29,927 bases of DNA from Planctomycetota bacterium (GTDB lineage Bacteria > Planctomycetota > Phycisphaerae > Phycisphaerales > SM1A02). The notes under the pieces were generated by a model. That model was not told where the DNA came from. It worked only from the letters and a program-made list of their open reading frames with translations, and made no database searches. The position numbers and the translations under genes were made by a program. This document shows, in pieces, positions 8,555 to 17,871 of the stretch. Numbering within the stretch: position 1 is the stretch's first letter; every line of letters begins with the position of its first letter. The stretch spans positions 1-29,927 of the forward strand of contig JAPUKX010000072.1 of assembly GCA_027295435.1 (NCBI GenBank), written 5' to 3'.

Positions 8555-10053
8555 ACTTCTTCAACGCGGACAATCTGCTCGCCCATACTGCCGGCCGATG
8601 GCTGCAACGCCCGGATCGCCCGGCGACTCTCGCCGGCGTTGGGATTGACTCGCGGAGCGACCTCGCCGGCAAATGCTTTGTAGCAATCAAGGGCGAGCAC
8701 CACGATGGCCACGACTATCTGCGGCAGGCGGTTGATGCTGGAGCGGATTTGCTGATCGTTCACCACCACCCGCTTGAGCGTGATCTGCCACCTCATGTCG
8801 GCGTGTTACAGGTAGACGACACGCGGGCGGCCCTGGGGCGGCTGGCATGCGCGTACCGTCGGCAGCTTCGCCGGACCAGGGTGATCGCCATCACCGGTTC
8901 GGCCGGCAAGACCACCGTCAAACACCTCCTTGACGCGGTGCTCTCGACCTCGATGCGGGGCAGTGCCGCACCAAGATCGTACAACAACGACATTGGCGTT
9001 CCACTGACGATCCTGCGGACCGATCCCCAGGATGAATACCTGATCGTTGAGATCGGGGCCAACCGGCCGGGAGAGATTGATCAGCTCGCCGCGATGGTCC
9101 AGCCGGATGTGGCCGTGATTACGATGATCGGCCGGGCGCACCTTGGGGGTTTCGGATCGTTGGAGACGGTTGCTCGCGAGAAGGCGACGCTGCTGCGGCA
9201 TATGCAATCGAATGCCTTGGCGGTCGTCAACGCCGACTCGCCGCATCTGCGCCGACATATTCACACGGCCGAGTCGCTCGTGCTGTTCGGGCAGGCCGAT
9301 GACGCCGATCTTCGATTGACCGACTGGGGTGCCGATGAGGGCGACTGGAGGTTCGAGGTAGACGGGCGCGACCGATTTCGCCTCGGCCTGCCGGGCAAAC
9401 ATAACGCGCTCAACGCACTTGCGGTGGTGGCCGTGGCGCGCCAGCTGGGGATCACCGATCGACGGATCGACGCGGCTCTTGGGCAGTGCGAGCCGGTCGA
9501 GATGCGCATGAGTTGTCATCGCATCGGCGACATCATTGTATATAACGATGCCTACAACGCGAACCCCGACTCGGTCATCGCGGCCGTGAACACGTTCGCC
9601 GAGCTCGCTGCCGACGCCACGCGTCGCGTGCTGGTGCTTGGTGATATGTTGGAGCTTGGCGAGGCCGCGTCACGGCTGCACCGAGAGATTGGCCAATTCG
9701 TCGTTGACCTCGATCGAGGGGCGCCGATCGACCACGTGATACTGGTCGGCCCGCTGGCCCAGAACGCCGCGGCACCCATCAGGGAGGTCTGGCCGGCGAA
9801 TCGGCTCACCCTGCTGAGCGAAATGAACGCGAAGACCGCAGCCGCGGCGGCCGGTCTTCTTCAGCCGGGTGATACTGTGCTGCTGAAGGGTTCGCGGGCG
9901 GTCGCGCTTGAACAAGTGATGGATGCAATCAAGCGACGACACGAAGGTGGCGATGTTGTGGCAGGGGCACAGCGCGGGGGCCAGCCCCGCCGCGAGACAC
10001 TGACAAGAGCGCCCGGTGTTCTCGAGCCGCCAACCCTATCCCTTGACTCCTAA
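8551..10053 (+). CDS. murF: UDP-MurNAc-tripeptide--D-Ala-D-Ala ligase
   Basis: ITGSAGKTT, SYNNDIGVPLT, EIGANRPGEI, DAYNANPDS, VLGDMLELG, KGSR. GTGA overlap with the murE stop. Confidence 0.96.
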   Translation: MNFFNADNLLAHTAGRWLQRPDRPATLAGVGIDSRSDLAGKCFVAIKGEHHDGHDYLRQAVDAGADLLIVHHHPLERDLPPHVGVLQVDDTRAALGRLACAYRRQLRRTRVIAITGSAGKTTVKHLLDAVLSTSMRGSAAPRSYNNDIGVPLTILRTDPQDEYLIVEIGANRPGEIDQLAAMVQPDVAVITMIGRAHLGGFGSLETVAREKATLLRHMQSNALAVVNADSPHLRRHIHTAESLVLFGQADDADLRLTDWGADEGDWRFEVDGRDRFRLGLPGKHNALNALAVVAVARQLGITDRRIDAALGQCEPVEMRMSCHRIGDIIVYNDAYNANPDSVIAAVNTFAELAADATRRVLVLGDMLELGEAASRLHREIGQFVVDLDRGAPIDHVILVGPLAQNAAAPIREVWPANRLTLLSEMNAKTAAAAAGLLQPGDTVLLKGSRAVALEQVMDAIKRRHEGGDVVAGAQRGGQPRRETLTRAPGVLEPPTLSLDS

Positions 10054-10068
10054 CCCCTGACCCCTCAG
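10034..10068 (+). repeat. Degenerate heptamer array (CCCTGAC family) spanning the murF stop
   Basis: CCCTATC CCTTGAC TCCTAAC CCCTGAC CCCTCAG, ending 1 nt before the mraY ATG. Confidence 0.7.
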
Positions 10069-10069
10069 C

Positions 10070-11233
10070 ATGCTCTACATCCTGCTCCAGATGACCAGCG
10101 AGTGGCTCGACGAACGGGGCCTTTATTCGCTGCTACAGGTCTTGTACTACATCGAATTCCGAGCGTTCGTAGCGGCGCTGTTGAGCTTTGGACTGGTGCT
10201 GGTCTTCGGCCGGGGGGTCATTCGCTGGCTGATTCGACAGAAGATCGGCGACTCACCGGAGTTCTACCATGCCGACCTGAATGAGTTGATGGCCAGCAAG
10301 ACGGCCACCCCCACCATGGGGGGGATTCTCATCGTCGGCGCGACACTCCTGACCATGCTCCTGCTGGCGGACCTGCGCAACCGCTACGTGATCATCGCGT
10401 TCTTCGTGCTGGGTTGGCTGGCGTTGCTTGGAGGCGCCGACGATTGGCTCAAGCTGACCTCGGCCCGCCGAGCACCGGGCTCGCGCGAAGGTCTCCATCC
10501 GTGGGAAAAACTGTTGTTTCAACTGGGTATCGGCGCGGTGGCGGGCTTATTTCTGTTTCGCCATGGCATCGGCGACGAGACGACGCGGGTGCTGACGCTG
10601 CCACTTCAACGCACGTATCGGCCGGGCACCATGGAGTTGGAGCAAGGCGTGCTGGTGCTGGGAGGATTTGCCTTCGTGCTCATCTCGATGCTGCTCATTG
10701 CCGGCACATCCAACGCTGTCAATCTCACCGATGGCATGGACGGTCTGGCGGCGGGCACCCTGGTGGTCGCCTCGTTTGCCTTGATGGTCCTCTGCTTCAT
10801 CGCAGGGAGCGTAGAGACGGCGAAGTTCCTCAACTTCCCTCATATCGACGGGGCGGCGGAGTTGATGATCGTCACCGGTGCGATGGCGGGCGGGTGTCTC
10901 GGGTTCCTGTGGTTCAACTGCGCGCCGGCCCAGGTGTTCATGGGCGACACCGGGGCGCTGCCGTTGGGCGGCCTGATGGCTTACATCGCCGTGGCCATTC
11001 GTCAGGAGATTCTGCTACTGATCATCGGCGGCGTGTTCTTCATGGAAATGGCCAGCGTGGTCATCCAGGTAGCCTACTTCAAGTCGACGAAAGGTCAGCG
11101 AGTTTTCCGCTGCTCACCGGTCCATCATCATTTCCATCTGGGCGGATGGTCCGAACAGCAGGTGGTCACACGGTTCTGGGTGTTGGCGGTCGTGTTCGCC
11201 ATGATCGCGCTGGTGTCGATCAAGCTCAGATGA
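10070..11233 (+). CDS. mraY: Phospho-MurNAc-pentapeptide translocase
   Basis: TPTMGG, GGADDWLK, NAVNLTDGMDGLA, FNCAPAQVFMGDTG, PVHHHFHLGGWSE, and about ten hydrophobic segments. Confidence 0.97.
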   Translation: MLYILLQMTSEWLDERGLYSLLQVLYYIEFRAFVAALLSFGLVLVFGRGVIRWLIRQKIGDSPEFYHADLNELMASKTATPTMGGILIVGATLLTMLLLADLRNRYVIIAFFVLGWLALLGGADDWLKLTSARRAPGSREGLHPWEKLLFQLGIGAVAGLFLFRHGIGDETTRVLTLPLQRTYRPGTMELEQGVLVLGGFAFVLISMLLIAGTSNAVNLTDGMDGLAAGTLVVASFALMVLCFIAGSVETAKFLNFPHIDGAAELMIVTGAMAGGCLGFLWFNCAPAQVFMGDTGALPLGGLMAYIAVAIRQEILLLIIGGVFFMEMASVVIQVAYFKSTKGQRVFRCSPVHHHFHLGGWSEQQVVTRFWVLAVVFAMIALVSIKLR

Positions 11234-11236
11234 CAT

Positions 11237-11260
11237 GGGTCAGGGGTCAGGAGTCAGGGG
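11237..11260 (+). repeat. Heptamer array GGGTCAG GGGTCAG GAGTCAG GGG (reverse complement of the CCCTGAC family)
   Basis: Starts 3 nt after the mraY stop, between convergent genes. Confidence 0.8.
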
Positions 11261-11267
11261 CCCTTGC

Positions 11268-12437
11268 TCACAGCATCTGCGCCAGCTCGATCGTCGCGCC
11301 GGCGACGTTGGGCGCCTTCACGAAACGGTGTTGGCGAAGCAACATGACCAGATCGTGGAAGTCCTGAGGCAGCGGCGACCGGAACGTCATGGCCTCGTTT
11401 GTGATCGGATGGGTGAAGCTCAGCATCGCCGCGTGCAGCGCCTGACGCGCGATCAACGGGTCGCGAGCAGATCGATCGCCGGCCCCCGCCGGGCCGACCA
11501 CATCGCCGGCCGTCAGATGTCTGCCGCCGTACATCTCATCGCCGACGACCGGGTAACCGAGATACGCCAGATGCACGCGGATCTGGTGCGTTCGGCCGGT
11601 CTTGAGTTGAATCTCCAGAAGCGAGAACTGATCATACAGTTCGCGCACATGGTAGATCGTCACCGAGGGCTTACCGGTGTCATCCCAGCGGACGGCGTAT
11701 TTCTCCCTTCGGGAGGGGTGCTTGCCGAGCGGAACATCAATGACGTCGGCGACCGGCTCGACCTGGCCGTGCACGACGGCGAGGTATCGCTTTTCGGTGC
11801 GGCGCTGCTCGAACTGCCGGGCCAATCGCCAATGGGCCGTCTCTGATTTGGCCGCAACCAGCACGCCGGTCGTATGGCGATCGAGCCGATGCACCACGCC
11901 TGGGCGGGCAAACTCCTCTCCAACCGTGGAGAGCGTCCCACCCGAGCGGTGCAGGAAGTGATACGCCAGGGCGTTGATGATCGTTCCGGACCTATGCCCA
12001 CGGGCCGGATGGACGATGATGTCGTCGGCCTTGTTGAGAACGATCAAGTCGTCATCTTCATAAAGCACGTCGAGAGGGATGTCCTCGGCGGCGATCTGGG
12101 TGCTCGACGGGGGAGGAAGGATGGCCACGATCTCATCGCCCGCATGTAGCCGGGTCGAAGGCCGAGGGACTCGGCCGTTGACCGTCACCGCCTGTTCTTT
12201 GATCAGCCGCTGCAGGGACGTTCGACTCAGGAACGGTATGCGATCGACGAGATAACGATCGAGGCGCTTGTTGAGGTTTCGCGTAATGTTGAAGCGAACA
12301 GAGATCGGCGTGTCGTCATCGTCGGCTTGCTTTTCGTACAGCGCGAACAACGCTTCGCGATCAACCTTGCCGCCTGGGGCGATCAGGTCGCCGCTGGGGC
12401 CGCTGGATTCTGACTTCGCATTCCGGGCAAACGGCAT
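11268..12437 (-). CDS. rluD: RluA-family 23S rRNA pseudouridine synthase with S4 domain (RluD-like)
   Basis: RLDRYL S4 start, LNKADDIIVHP, HRLDRHTTG catalytic motif, KTGRTHQIRVH, GYPVVGD.MYG, QALHA. The ATG at 12437 overlaps the upstream stop (TGATG). About 50-aa N-terminal extension. Confidence 0.9.
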   Translation of the reverse strand: MPFARNAKSESSGPSGDLIAPGGKVDREALFALYEKQADDDDTPISVRFNITRNLNKRLDRYLVDRIPFLSRTSLQRLIKEQAVTVNGRVPRPSTRLHAGDEIVAILPPPSSTQIAAEDIPLDVLYEDDDLIVLNKADDIIVHPARGHRSGTIINALAYHFLHRSGGTLSTVGEEFARPGVVHRLDRHTTGVLVAAKSETAHWRLARQFEQRRTEKRYLAVVHGQVEPVADVIDVPLGKHPSRREKYAVRWDDTGKPSVTIYHVRELYDQFSLLEIQLKTGRTHQIRVHLAYLGYPVVGDEMYGGRHLTAGDVVGPAGAGDRSARDPLIARQALHAAMLSFTHPITNEAMTFRSPLPQDFHDLVMLLRQHRFVKAPNVAGATIELAQML

Positions 12438-13189
12438 CAACCGCCGCCGACCTCGACCGCCGGCAGGAGGTCGCGGAGCACCTCCTCAATTGCCACCGGC
12501 TCAAGCGATTCAGGCTCGGGCTGGTCGGGCAATTGCTCCCGCGTCGGCAGTGAGACAGTCTGGGCGTAATCTCCGACCCTCGCGGCGCGGGCGAGCGCAC
12601 GCTGGGCCAACTCGGGATAGTAGGGTTCGGCCCGCCGGGCTGCCCGTTCATACAGGCTTCCGGCCGGCTCCAGATCGCCGCGCGACTCCGCCACCACCGC
12701 CCGCCCGTTGAGCGCGCTGACCGCGTGCAGCGTCATCGCCAGGGATTGATCGTCCGCTTCAAGCACCGCCAGAAACAGACGGTCGGCGCGGTCGAGATAC
12801 TCCAAGCGCTGCTCATCGGTGAGCCTGAGCAGCGGATCAGTCAGCGTTGGATCGGCCCCCAGCGCCCGGCCGGCCTGGACCGCGCGCAAGAGCGTGTCCG
12901 CGGCCTGCCGCTTCGCCTGCAACGGCAGGCCCGGAATATCGGCATAACGCTCGGCGACGTCCTCGAAGCTGCCGGGAAGTCGAGCCTCCAGGAACGCCGT
13001 CCACCCCTGCTCGACGTACGCGCGCTTGTGCTGCTTCCAGCGGAGCAGGCCCATGTAGACTCCCACCGCAATGAGGGCCATCAGCAGCCACGACGGCCCC
13101 TTGGTCCGCAGCCACAGAATGAAATCCTCGTTGAGGCGGCTTTCGCTGACCTCCGTCTGGTGAACCTGCTTGAGTCGGTCGCGATCCAT
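12437..13189 (-). CDS. Single-pass membrane protein with helical/TPR-like soluble domain (YfgM-like architecture)
   Basis: One TM segment (WLLMALIAVGVYMGLL) near the N-terminus, then Ala/Leu-rich helices. SD GAGGGAG lies upstream of the ATG. The family assignment rests on architecture only. Confidence 0.7.
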   Translation of the reverse strand: MDRDRLKQVHQTEVSESRLNEDFILWLRTKGPSWLLMALIAVGVYMGLLRWKQHKRAYVEQGWTAFLEARLPGSFEDVAERYADIPGLPLQAKRQAADTLLRAVQAGRALGADPTLTDPLLRLTDEQRLEYLDRADRLFLAVLEADDQSLAMTLHAVSALNGRAVVAESRGDLEPAGSLYERAARRAEPYYPELAQRALARAARVGDYAQTVSLPTREQLPDQPEPESLEPVAIEEVLRDLLPAVEVGGG

Positions 13190-13298
13190 CGGTCATACTC
13201 CCTCACGTGCTGGGTCGGGATGACCGCGGTGATCCTATCGCACGGCTGCGGCCCTGGCAACGATCAAGCCTCGCTCCCGGTGAACCGCCCAACACCAT

Positions 13299-14270
13299 CT
13301 ATTTCAGTTCTTCAAGGGCGGTTTCCAGCCAGATCAGGCATGCCTCGAGGTATCGCGGATTGCCTTCGGACCTGAGAAACTTCGGTGCAGTGCCCGCTAG
13401 CAAGGCTCGCCGAATCATGGCCAGGCGCGGGTAGTTTTCGTCAACGGCGAGCCCGTGGGCCTTGCGAGCATCGGCGATCGCCTTGACCGGTTTGGTGGGT
13501 CCAAGCCGCTGGGGTCGCGCCCACAGTTGACGCTCCAGGTAGATCGCATCCTCGACCCAGTGGCCGGGGCGGACTTCCGCCAGATCGATCAGACTCACCG
13601 GGCCCGACTCCAGAGAGACGCGGCTCATGGCATTGGCCAGATGAAGGTCGCCGTGCAGCCATTGGCGGACGTCCCGCGCCTGCCATTGCTCAAGAATCCG
13701 GTCGAGACGATGGCGAAGCACCTTGATGGCTGAGCTCCAACGCTGCTTGTGAGCGATGGCGTTGATCTTCAAACTTCGCTGCGCATCGCGCACCAGCTCA
13801 GTCCACGGCTCGGTCTTTGGTTGGGCATCGACGGGATAGGTTGATGTGGCGGCGTAGAATCGGGCGGCTGCGTCAGCCGTTCGCATCGTATGGTCCTGGT
13901 GCCAGTGCGTGCCAAGCGGGCCATGCGCGAAACGCTCCATAACCATCCAGGCCAGATCGTAGTCACCGAGGGTTTCGCCGGAGGCATACAGCTTCGCCAC
14001 TACCAGCCCCTGGCTGTCAGGGGTCTGAAGCCGGCGCGTCCACAGCAGCTCGCGCTGAACGACGGGCAGCTTCACCACCACAGGGGCCTCGCCGCCATCG
14101 GGTAGGCGCAACATCGCCGTGCCCGTGGCCGCTCCCCCTCGCTGCCAGTCAGCCTTGAACCAGGTGATTTCTCCCAGTTGTCCCCCGCAGGCCTCGGTAA
14201 GCACAGGGGCAAGGCTTGCCCCGAGGCTGCGCGCGCTGGGCTGGGGAAGATCGCCAGAATCGTGGCTCAC
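13299..14270 (-). CDS. Aminoglycoside phosphotransferase/choline kinase-like protein kinase-fold enzyme
   Basis: VVVKLP (beta-3 Lys), HGDLHLAN (HxDxxxxN catalytic loop), LIDLAE (DFG-equivalent). Confidence 0.85.
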   Translation of the reverse strand: MSHDSGDLPQPSARSLGASLAPVLTEACGGQLGEITWFKADWQRGGAATGTAMLRLPDGGEAPVVVKLPVVQRELLWTRRLQTPDSQGLVVAKLYASGETLGDYDLAWMVMERFAHGPLGTHWHQDHTMRTADAAARFYAATSTYPVDAQPKTEPWTELVRDAQRSLKINAIAHKQRWSSAIKVLRHRLDRILEQWQARDVRQWLHGDLHLANAMSRVSLESGPVSLIDLAEVRPGHWVEDAIYLERQLWARPQRLGPTKPVKAIADARKAHGLAVDENYPRLAMIRRALLAGTAPKFLRSEGNPRYLEACLIWLETALEELK

Positions 14271-14415
14271 GGCCGATGCTCAGGAACCAGGCTGATGCAG
14301 ACAGCCTATCTCGAACACCGGGCGTGAACAAGGGCGACCGCGGCCCAACCGGCACCGCCACGAGGTGAATCGAGGGCGGCTGGCCGGCCGTACAATTGAC
14401 CCTCGCGTGAGCACT

Positions 14416-17400
14416 ATGCGATCCACCCCCCAGCAGGTGAACCTCGCTCAGCACGAAGGTTGGGCCCTTTTCTCCGCCGCCGAGGCCATGCTCAAGGGTG
14501 CCCTGGAAGCGGAGACCGTCGTGAAACTGCTCACGGGACCTCGAAGCGAATCATTTTCCAGCCTGTTCGATCTGGGCGGGGACCGGTTGGTCTCGCAGTT
14601 GTTGCATACCCACGGAACGAGCCTGCTCGCAACTCCCGACGCCAGCCGTGGCGTGACACTCGCCGCGCATGCAGCGGTCTCGGCCCATCAAGCGTTCGCG
14701 CTGGTTCCCAACGACCAGCTCGATATCACCATGCCTGCGATCAGCCGGGCTTGCGACTGCTCATTTGATAGCGGGGGTGCAATGTGCCTGGTGTTGGAAG
14801 ACGATCCGCAGAATTGTCGGGCATCGTGCCCGCGACGCGCAGCCATTCGTTTGGACCTGCCATGCATCGAGCCGACAGGAGTTGCACAACTGCGCGATGC
14901 GATGGAGCAGGGACTGCGTCTGAGCCGAGCCGGGCGCGGCGTGGTGGCGATGGTGGTGCACCGCCGGATTCTGCGAGCCATCGAGACGCTGGATGCTCGT
15001 CCGAATCGAGTCACGGATCCTGTCCATACCCCTATTGTCCACCGCGACCGACGCGGCCCCCGCTGGGCTGAGACGGGCGGCGTGCTTCGGATGGCTCGTC
15101 GATTGGAGATGAACCTCACCACCAGCGCCCCCAGCCCCGGGGAAAGGCTGCCGGTCGGCTTCATTGTCATCGGCGCCGCCGCTCCGGCCATGTTCCACCT
15201 GATTCACGTGCTGCGGTTGCACGGCCGAGTGCCGGTGCTTCAGCTGGGCCTGGTTCACCCGATCGACGACTCGATCGTGCAGCGATTGCTCGGCCGATGC
15301 GAGCAAGTCGTTGTGCTGGAACCCCGACCCGGGTCGATCGAGACCGGCGTGCTTGGGGTGTGCGAGTCAATGCGCAGTCGCGGCGAGCAACCGGCCGTTG
15401 TGTGGTCTCGGACGCTGCCACCCGACCCGGCGGGGACCGCGCAGGTCATGCGGCCCGATGGAGCCCTGCACCCCTCGGCCTTGGCCGCCAAGATCGTCCA
15501 TTTGCTGCGCACCATCCGCCCCGGCCTGGTGGTGGCTTCCCCACCCGTGTCCAATCTGCTGCTGCCGGACGGGGCTGTGCCTCCTCGAGGCATAGAACTC
15601 GGCTCCGTCGGGGCGCTGGCCCAGATCCGTAGCGTGCTCGCCGATGTGGACCAATGGCTGCGCGATCAGTCGGCGATTGACGAGGGCTCCGCAGAGGCCC
15701 CAGAGCCGACGGCCCTGGCCATCGACGGGATCGAGCCGATCGGGGCCCCAGGGCGAGTCGTGCGCGTGGAGACGTGGCCATATCAACGATTTCTTTTCGA
15801 AGGATCCGCGTCCTTGCAGCAGGCGGCGAGTGATGACGGTTCGTGGATCTTTGTGATCTCGTCTATTGGTGCTGCGGATGGGCAAGACGTGCAGCGTATG
15901 GTGCGAGGCGCCGCTCCAGTCGCACGAGCTGACCGGGTGCGGATCGAGCTGGCCGATCTGAACGATCGCGCCGCATTGCAGGATTTGCTGCGCGCGCTGA
16001 CCCTGCTCGATCAACTGAGCGTGGTCATTGTGCGCGACGGGCCCCCAGCTCGGTATGACGTGGCTGCCATGGAACGGTCCCGCGCTGAAGTCGACCGCCT
16101 GGGATATGAACCCAGCCAGCGCGCGGTCTGGCCGGCGGAGGAGGCGTGCGCCATTCGTCATCCGGCTGACCCGATGCGGTCCCTCCCATCACATGCGTCG
16201 AGCTCAGCGGCGATGCGAACGCAGTTCAGCGTTGTCCGGACTTCCCAGTCTCGACCCGATACCGTGCAACGCCGGATCAGAATCCGTCCTCTCTTGGAGC
16301 AGGCGGAGGTCGTTCGTGCTCGGCCGCCAGCGAGCACTTGGCGGGATGCGCGGGGCGCCCGGTTGGCCCGACCCAAGCCCCTCCATGCCAGTCAGTCCCA
16401 ATGGCGAGCCCACTTGGCAGGATTTCGTGGACAGGCGCCAGGTGTGGCCGCATGGGCGCTGTGTGAAGCCGGCCGAATCATGGGGTACCAGGTCCGAAGT
16501 CTGAATGACCCCACGCCAATCGGCCCCGGCTTGCGCGCGTGGGCCCAGGTGCTGTTCGCACGACCGGGCCGAGATCAAGCTCCAGTGCCCGTCACCGCAG
16601 CGATCCCCTACGGCGAAGCTGATTTGTTTCTCGGACTGGAGCTTCGCGAAGCCCTGCGGGGCATCGAACCCGGCGGATCGTTGCGTGTGGCGAGTCCCGA
16701 CCGCACCTGGGTGATCGTCAACTCCGGGCCGTGTGAGGGCCAGCGCGACGCCCAGCCACCTGCGGAGTTCGCGGCCCAGGCAGCCCCGGCCCTGCTTGCG
16801 GTCTGCCGGCCCCAGTCACCGCTGATCGAAGACTTCGCCCGAGCCTGTCGCAGCGCTTTCCACACCGATCGCGTCGTTGATCTGGCTCTCCTCGGCGCGG
16901 CGTTCCAGCGCGGATTGATCCCGGTGACACCCGACGCCATCGAGGCAGCCTTACAGCAGGTCGAGGCGCGAGGCTTCGGCCGGGCTAATGAAGCGTTCCA
17001 TTTCGGCTGTCACCTTGCCGTCGATGGCCGGCAGTTTGCTCGCTGCAACGCCACCTGCGCCGACGAGGCCCCTCGCATCGTCCGCCGCACGATCCTGTTG
17101 TTGAAACGAAGACGGCGGGCTGGTACACGGTCGGGTACCGCTCGCTTGGCGCGGATACTGGAGCAGACCCTCGCCCAGATGCCCGGCTTGGCGGAAACGG
17201 ACCTCGGCCGACACGCCCGCCGAGACCTCGTGATCGCCCTGCAGCACTGCCTCGCCTGGGGTGGACTCGCCTATGCCCAGCGATACGCCGATCTGGTCAC
17301 CGCACTATACCTAGCTGACCGCGGCGACCAGGGGCGGGCGGTCACCCGCAGCGCGATTCTGCCGCTGGCCGAGGCCATGCTGATCCGCGATCCGATCTAC

Positions 17401-17871
17401 ATCGCGACCATGGCCACCAGCGCCGAGCAACGCCGTCGCGCGCGTCAGTGGCTCAACGTCAAGCTGGCTCGGGGCGACCGGCTCGAACGACGCTTCCTTA
17501 CCCGCATCGAACTGGTCGCCTTTCGGCGACGAATCAGGCTCGACATCCGATCCAGCCTCTGGCCGGCTCAACTTGTGGCGTGTGCGCGACACTGGATGCC
17601 ACAGCGGTGGCGCGGCACCTTGAGGGAGCGCCAAATCCGCGAGTATTTGATCGATGTAACCCAGCGCGCTGCCCGCGGCGCCACCCATGACTACCAGCAG
17701 TGGAGTGAAACCATGCAACGACTGCATGACCAGGCCCTGGCGGATCGCCTACGCGACATGGCGCTGGCGGAACTTCGGATGCTCATCGAGCCCGATCCTC
17801 GGCCTGCCGCCGAGCCGCAGCGCCTTGCGGCTGGGGCGTCCGGGCCACGAGGCATTCGTGCATCGGGCTGA
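14416..17871 (+). CDS. Fused indolepyruvate:ferredoxin oxidoreductase-like protein (alpha + beta/gamma + C-terminal helical domain) with degenerate cofactor motifs
   Basis: AEAMLKGALEA, VLQLGLVHP, VVVLEP, ADLFLGLE, WVIVN, LLGAAFQRGLIPVTPDAIEAAL, NEAFHFG and AYAQRYADLV occur in the order seen in single-chain IOR-family proteins. The ATG at 14416 is preferred over the GTG at 14365. Confidence 0.75.
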   Translation: MRSTPQQVNLAQHEGWALFSAAEAMLKGALEAETVVKLLTGPRSESFSSLFDLGGDRLVSQLLHTHGTSLLATPDASRGVTLAAHAAVSAHQAFALVPNDQLDITMPAISRACDCSFDSGGAMCLVLEDDPQNCRASCPRRAAIRLDLPCIEPTGVAQLRDAMEQGLRLSRAGRGVVAMVVHRRILRAIETLDARPNRVTDPVHTPIVHRDRRGPRWAETGGVLRMARRLEMNLTTSAPSPGERLPVGFIVIGAAAPAMFHLIHVLRLHGRVPVLQLGLVHPIDDSIVQRLLGRCEQVVVLEPRPGSIETGVLGVCESMRSRGEQPAVVWSRTLPPDPAGTAQVMRPDGALHPSALAAKIVHLLRTIRPGLVVASPPVSNLLLPDGAVPPRGIELGSVGALAQIRSVLADVDQWLRDQSAIDEGSAEAPEPTALAIDGIEPIGAPGRVVRVETWPYQRFLFEGSASLQQAASDDGSWIFVISSIGAADGQDVQRMVRGAAPVARADRVRIELADLNDRAALQDLLRALTLLDQLSVVIVRDGPPARYDVAAMERSRAEVDRLGYEPSQRAVWPAEEACAIRHPADPMRSLPSHASSSAAMRTQFSVVRTSQSRPDTVQRRIRIRPLLEQAEVVRARPPASTWRDARGARLARPKPLHASQSQWRAHLAGFRGQAPGVAAWALCEAGRIMGYQVRSLNDPTPIGPGLRAWAQVLFARPGRDQAPVPVTAAIPYGEADLFLGLELREALRGIEPGGSLRVASPDRTWVIVNSGPCEGQRDAQPPAEFAAQAAPALLAVCRPQSPLIEDFARACRSAFHTDRVVDLALLGAAFQRGLIPVTPDAIEAALQQVEARGFGRANEAFHFGCHLAVDGRQFARCNATCADEAPRIVRRTILLLKRRRRAGTRSGTARLARILEQTLAQMPGLAETDLGRHARRDLVIALQHCLAWGGLAYAQRYADLVTALYLADRGDQGRAVTRSAILPLAEAMLIRDPIYIATMATSAEQRRRARQWLNVKLARGDRLERRFLTRIELVAFRRRIRLDIRSSLWPAQLVACARHWMPQRWRGTLRERQIREYLIDVTQRAARGATHDYQQWSETMQRLHDQALADRLRDMALAELRMLIEPDPRPAAEPQRLAAGASGPRGIRASG

